Assembly: GCA_002470925.1 (NCBI GenBank)
Contig: DKOX01000062.1
Coordinates: 1 to 55,690 of the forward strand
Origin: Opitutia bacterium UBA7350
GTDB lineage: Bacteria; Verrucomicrobiota; Verrucomicrobiia; Opitutales; Coraliomargaritaceae
DNA: 55,690 nt
Direction: 5' to 3'
Position 1 is the stretch's first letter. Every line of letters starts with the position of its first letter. Positions 54,308 through 55,690 of the stretch are shown here, in pieces. Below the pieces are notes generated by a model, which was given only the letters and a program-made list of their open reading frames with translations, did not search any database and had not been told where the DNA came from. The position numbers were made by a program, and so were the translations under genes.

Positions 54308-55690
54308 CTACAAAAGTGGCTCGATCAGGCGCACAAAAGAAGCTGCGGTGCGACTCGGCAGAAATCCCTCTTTTTTTATGGCTGCCTCATAATCAATACT
54401 TTTTTCATTGATGGAGTCCGCCCATGCGGTGAGAGCAGTGATATCCGATTTGGCATGGTGGAGCAGACCGATTTCAAAATTGAGAAAGAGCGAGCGCATA
54501 TCAATGTTGGCGGATCCCAAAAGCGCGTGGCTATCGTCGGCAATTGTGAGTTTGGCATGTAACATTCGCTCAGTGAAAAAACGAATTTCAACACCCGCTT
54601 CATGGAGCCCTTCGAGGTAATTATGACGCGCGATGTCTGTAATAGCATGGTTTGACCGCAGGGGTAGAATTATGCGTATCTTTTTTTTACTACGCGCCTG
54701 GACGATCAAGGTCTGAAAGATCACCTCATCCGGAATGAAATAAGGGGTGATAATGGTCAGTTGTTCTTTAAATGTATTTATGAGCAGGAGTATCTGTTCC
54801 CAAAGCGGGTCATTCGGAACATCGGGTCCGCTGGCAATGACATTGATTGCGCTATTTCCCCGCTTCTCAGGCTGGTATTCCAGAGTCGGCTTGAACGCTG
54901 CTGCATTACGTCGTGTGGCAAAGGCCCAGTCCGCAATAAAGGTTCGACTGAGATGGGCCACCGCGGGGCCTGAAATTGCAACACTCAGATCTGCAAAGCG
55001 AGTTGGATCATGATTTGCCCCGATGAAGCGCCGATCAATATTGTGCCCACCTACTAAGGCGCAGCGGTGATCAAAAATTGCCAGCTTGCGGTGATTGCGT
55101 AGATTTGCATTGGAGTGGGTTTGAAAGGGAATGACTGGCATGAACATCGCCACTTCAACCCCGGCACTGCGTAAACGGCAACGCAATCTTCGCGTGGTGT
55201 TCCAGCATCCCAGGGAATCCAGTAGGAGACGAACCGTGAGTCCATTCCGAGCTTGTTGAGCCAGAAGTTCCGCTATCTTTGTGGCAGGCGCGCCTTTTCC
55301 AAAAATATAGGTCGCGATATGGATGGTAGTTTTTGCCTCTTTGATTTCTTGACAGATGCGGTCATAGAAAACTTCGCCGTTGGGCAAAAGCGTTATCTTG
55401 TTGCCTGCTGTTTTATCGATTGCGACTCTCGCAGAGTCATGTGTTTCAGATCCACTCAAGGCCAGCGCCTCCTGAGTTACTCTACGTTTGATCTGGGTTG
55501 TTTTTCGGCTCTTTCGTCCCCCGAAAATCAGATATAAGGGACCCGCAATCAGCGGAACAAAAAGCACGAAAAAAAACCAGGCGAAGAAATTACCGGGCCG
55601 CTTTTTTTCTCGAAAGGCCCGACTCGTAACCAGAAGTGCCAAGATAAATCCTAAAACCGCGGTTGCATGGGTTAGAATTAATTGTGCGCC
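54308..55690 (-). CDS. cls: Cardiolipin synthase (PLD superfamily), 5' end probably beyond the window edge
   Basis: Two HKD motifs are present (HRKLAIFDH..GGHNI and LHAKLTIADD..GSANID). The reading frame stays open from 55642 to the window end (GAQLILTHATAVLGFI..., a TM helix), so the track TTG start is probably not the real start. Confidence 0.85.
   Translation of the reverse strand, partial: GAQLILTHATAVLGFILALLVTSRAFREKKRPGNFFAWFFFVLFVPLIAGPLYLIFGGRKSRKTTQIKRRVTQEALALSGSETHDSARVAIDKTAGNKITLLPNGEVFYDRICQEIKEAKTTIHIATYIFGKGAPATKIAELLAQQARNGLTVRLLLDSLGCWNTTRRLRCRLRSAGVEVAMFMPVIPFQTHSNANLRNHRKLAIFDHRCALVGGHNIDRRFIGANHDPTRFADLSVAISGPAVAHLSRTFIADWAFATRRNAAAFKPTLEYQPEKRGNSAINVIASGPDVPNDPLWEQILLLINTFKEQLTIITPYFIPDEVIFQTLIVQARSKKKIRIILPLRSNHAITDIARHNYLEGLHEAGVEIRFFTERMLHAKLTIADDSHALLGSANIDMRSLFLNFEIGLLHHAKSDITALTAWADSINEKSIDYEAAIKKEGFLPSRTAASFVRLIEPLL

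Overview
This 55.7-kb window is a compact chromosomal segment with about 57 protein genes, one tRNA and one riboswitch. I found no rRNA, CRISPR array, transposase, integrase or phage genes. Most genes are housekeeping.

Main gene content:
- **Repair and nucleoid:** lexA, recR, ybaB, xseA.
- **Transcription, translation and tRNA charging:** rpoN, infC, aspS.
- **Heme:** hemE, hemY, hemW.
- **Lipid A and cofactors:** lpxA, lpxB, pdxA.
- **Sulfate activation:** cysC, cysD, cysN.
- **Metabolism:** proA, a class I Fe-S fumarase and two A-type Fe-S carrier paralogs.
- **Transport:** two Opp/Dpp-type ABC loci and a TonB-dependent receptor behind a TPP riboswitch.
- **Envelope and glycan:** a DegT plus PglF-type sugar pair and a cardiolipin synthase cut by the right edge.

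A PEP-CTERM protein, DUF2851, a TIGR03790-like protein and scarce Shine-Dalgarno sequences suggest a Verrucomicrobiota-like (Opitutae-type) genome. That placement is inference only.

I see no obvious self-contained novel system such as a defence island. The observations most worth follow-up are:
1. A tRNA-Leu whose anticodon reads AAG (A34), which is atypical for bacteria.
2. A DeoC-fold protein lacking the Schiff-base Lys, the second Lys and the catalytic Asp.
3. Three tightly spaced predicted nuclease-like genes: a YacP-type NYN protein, DUF2851 with a PD..ExH pattern, and a 206-aa protein with a PD-(D/E)xK-like pattern.
4. An amicyanin-like cupredoxin carrying a PEP-CTERM anchor.
5. A 633-aa protein with a basic RS/RG-rich head and an acidic PE-rich tail.
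6. A non-coding array of 60-65 nt repeats in both orientations at the left edge.
7. A perfect 11-bp inverted repeat upstream of cysCDN.
8. Leaderless-looking promoter geometry at lexA and infC.

All functional calls rest on my own motif and family recognition from the translations. No database search was run.
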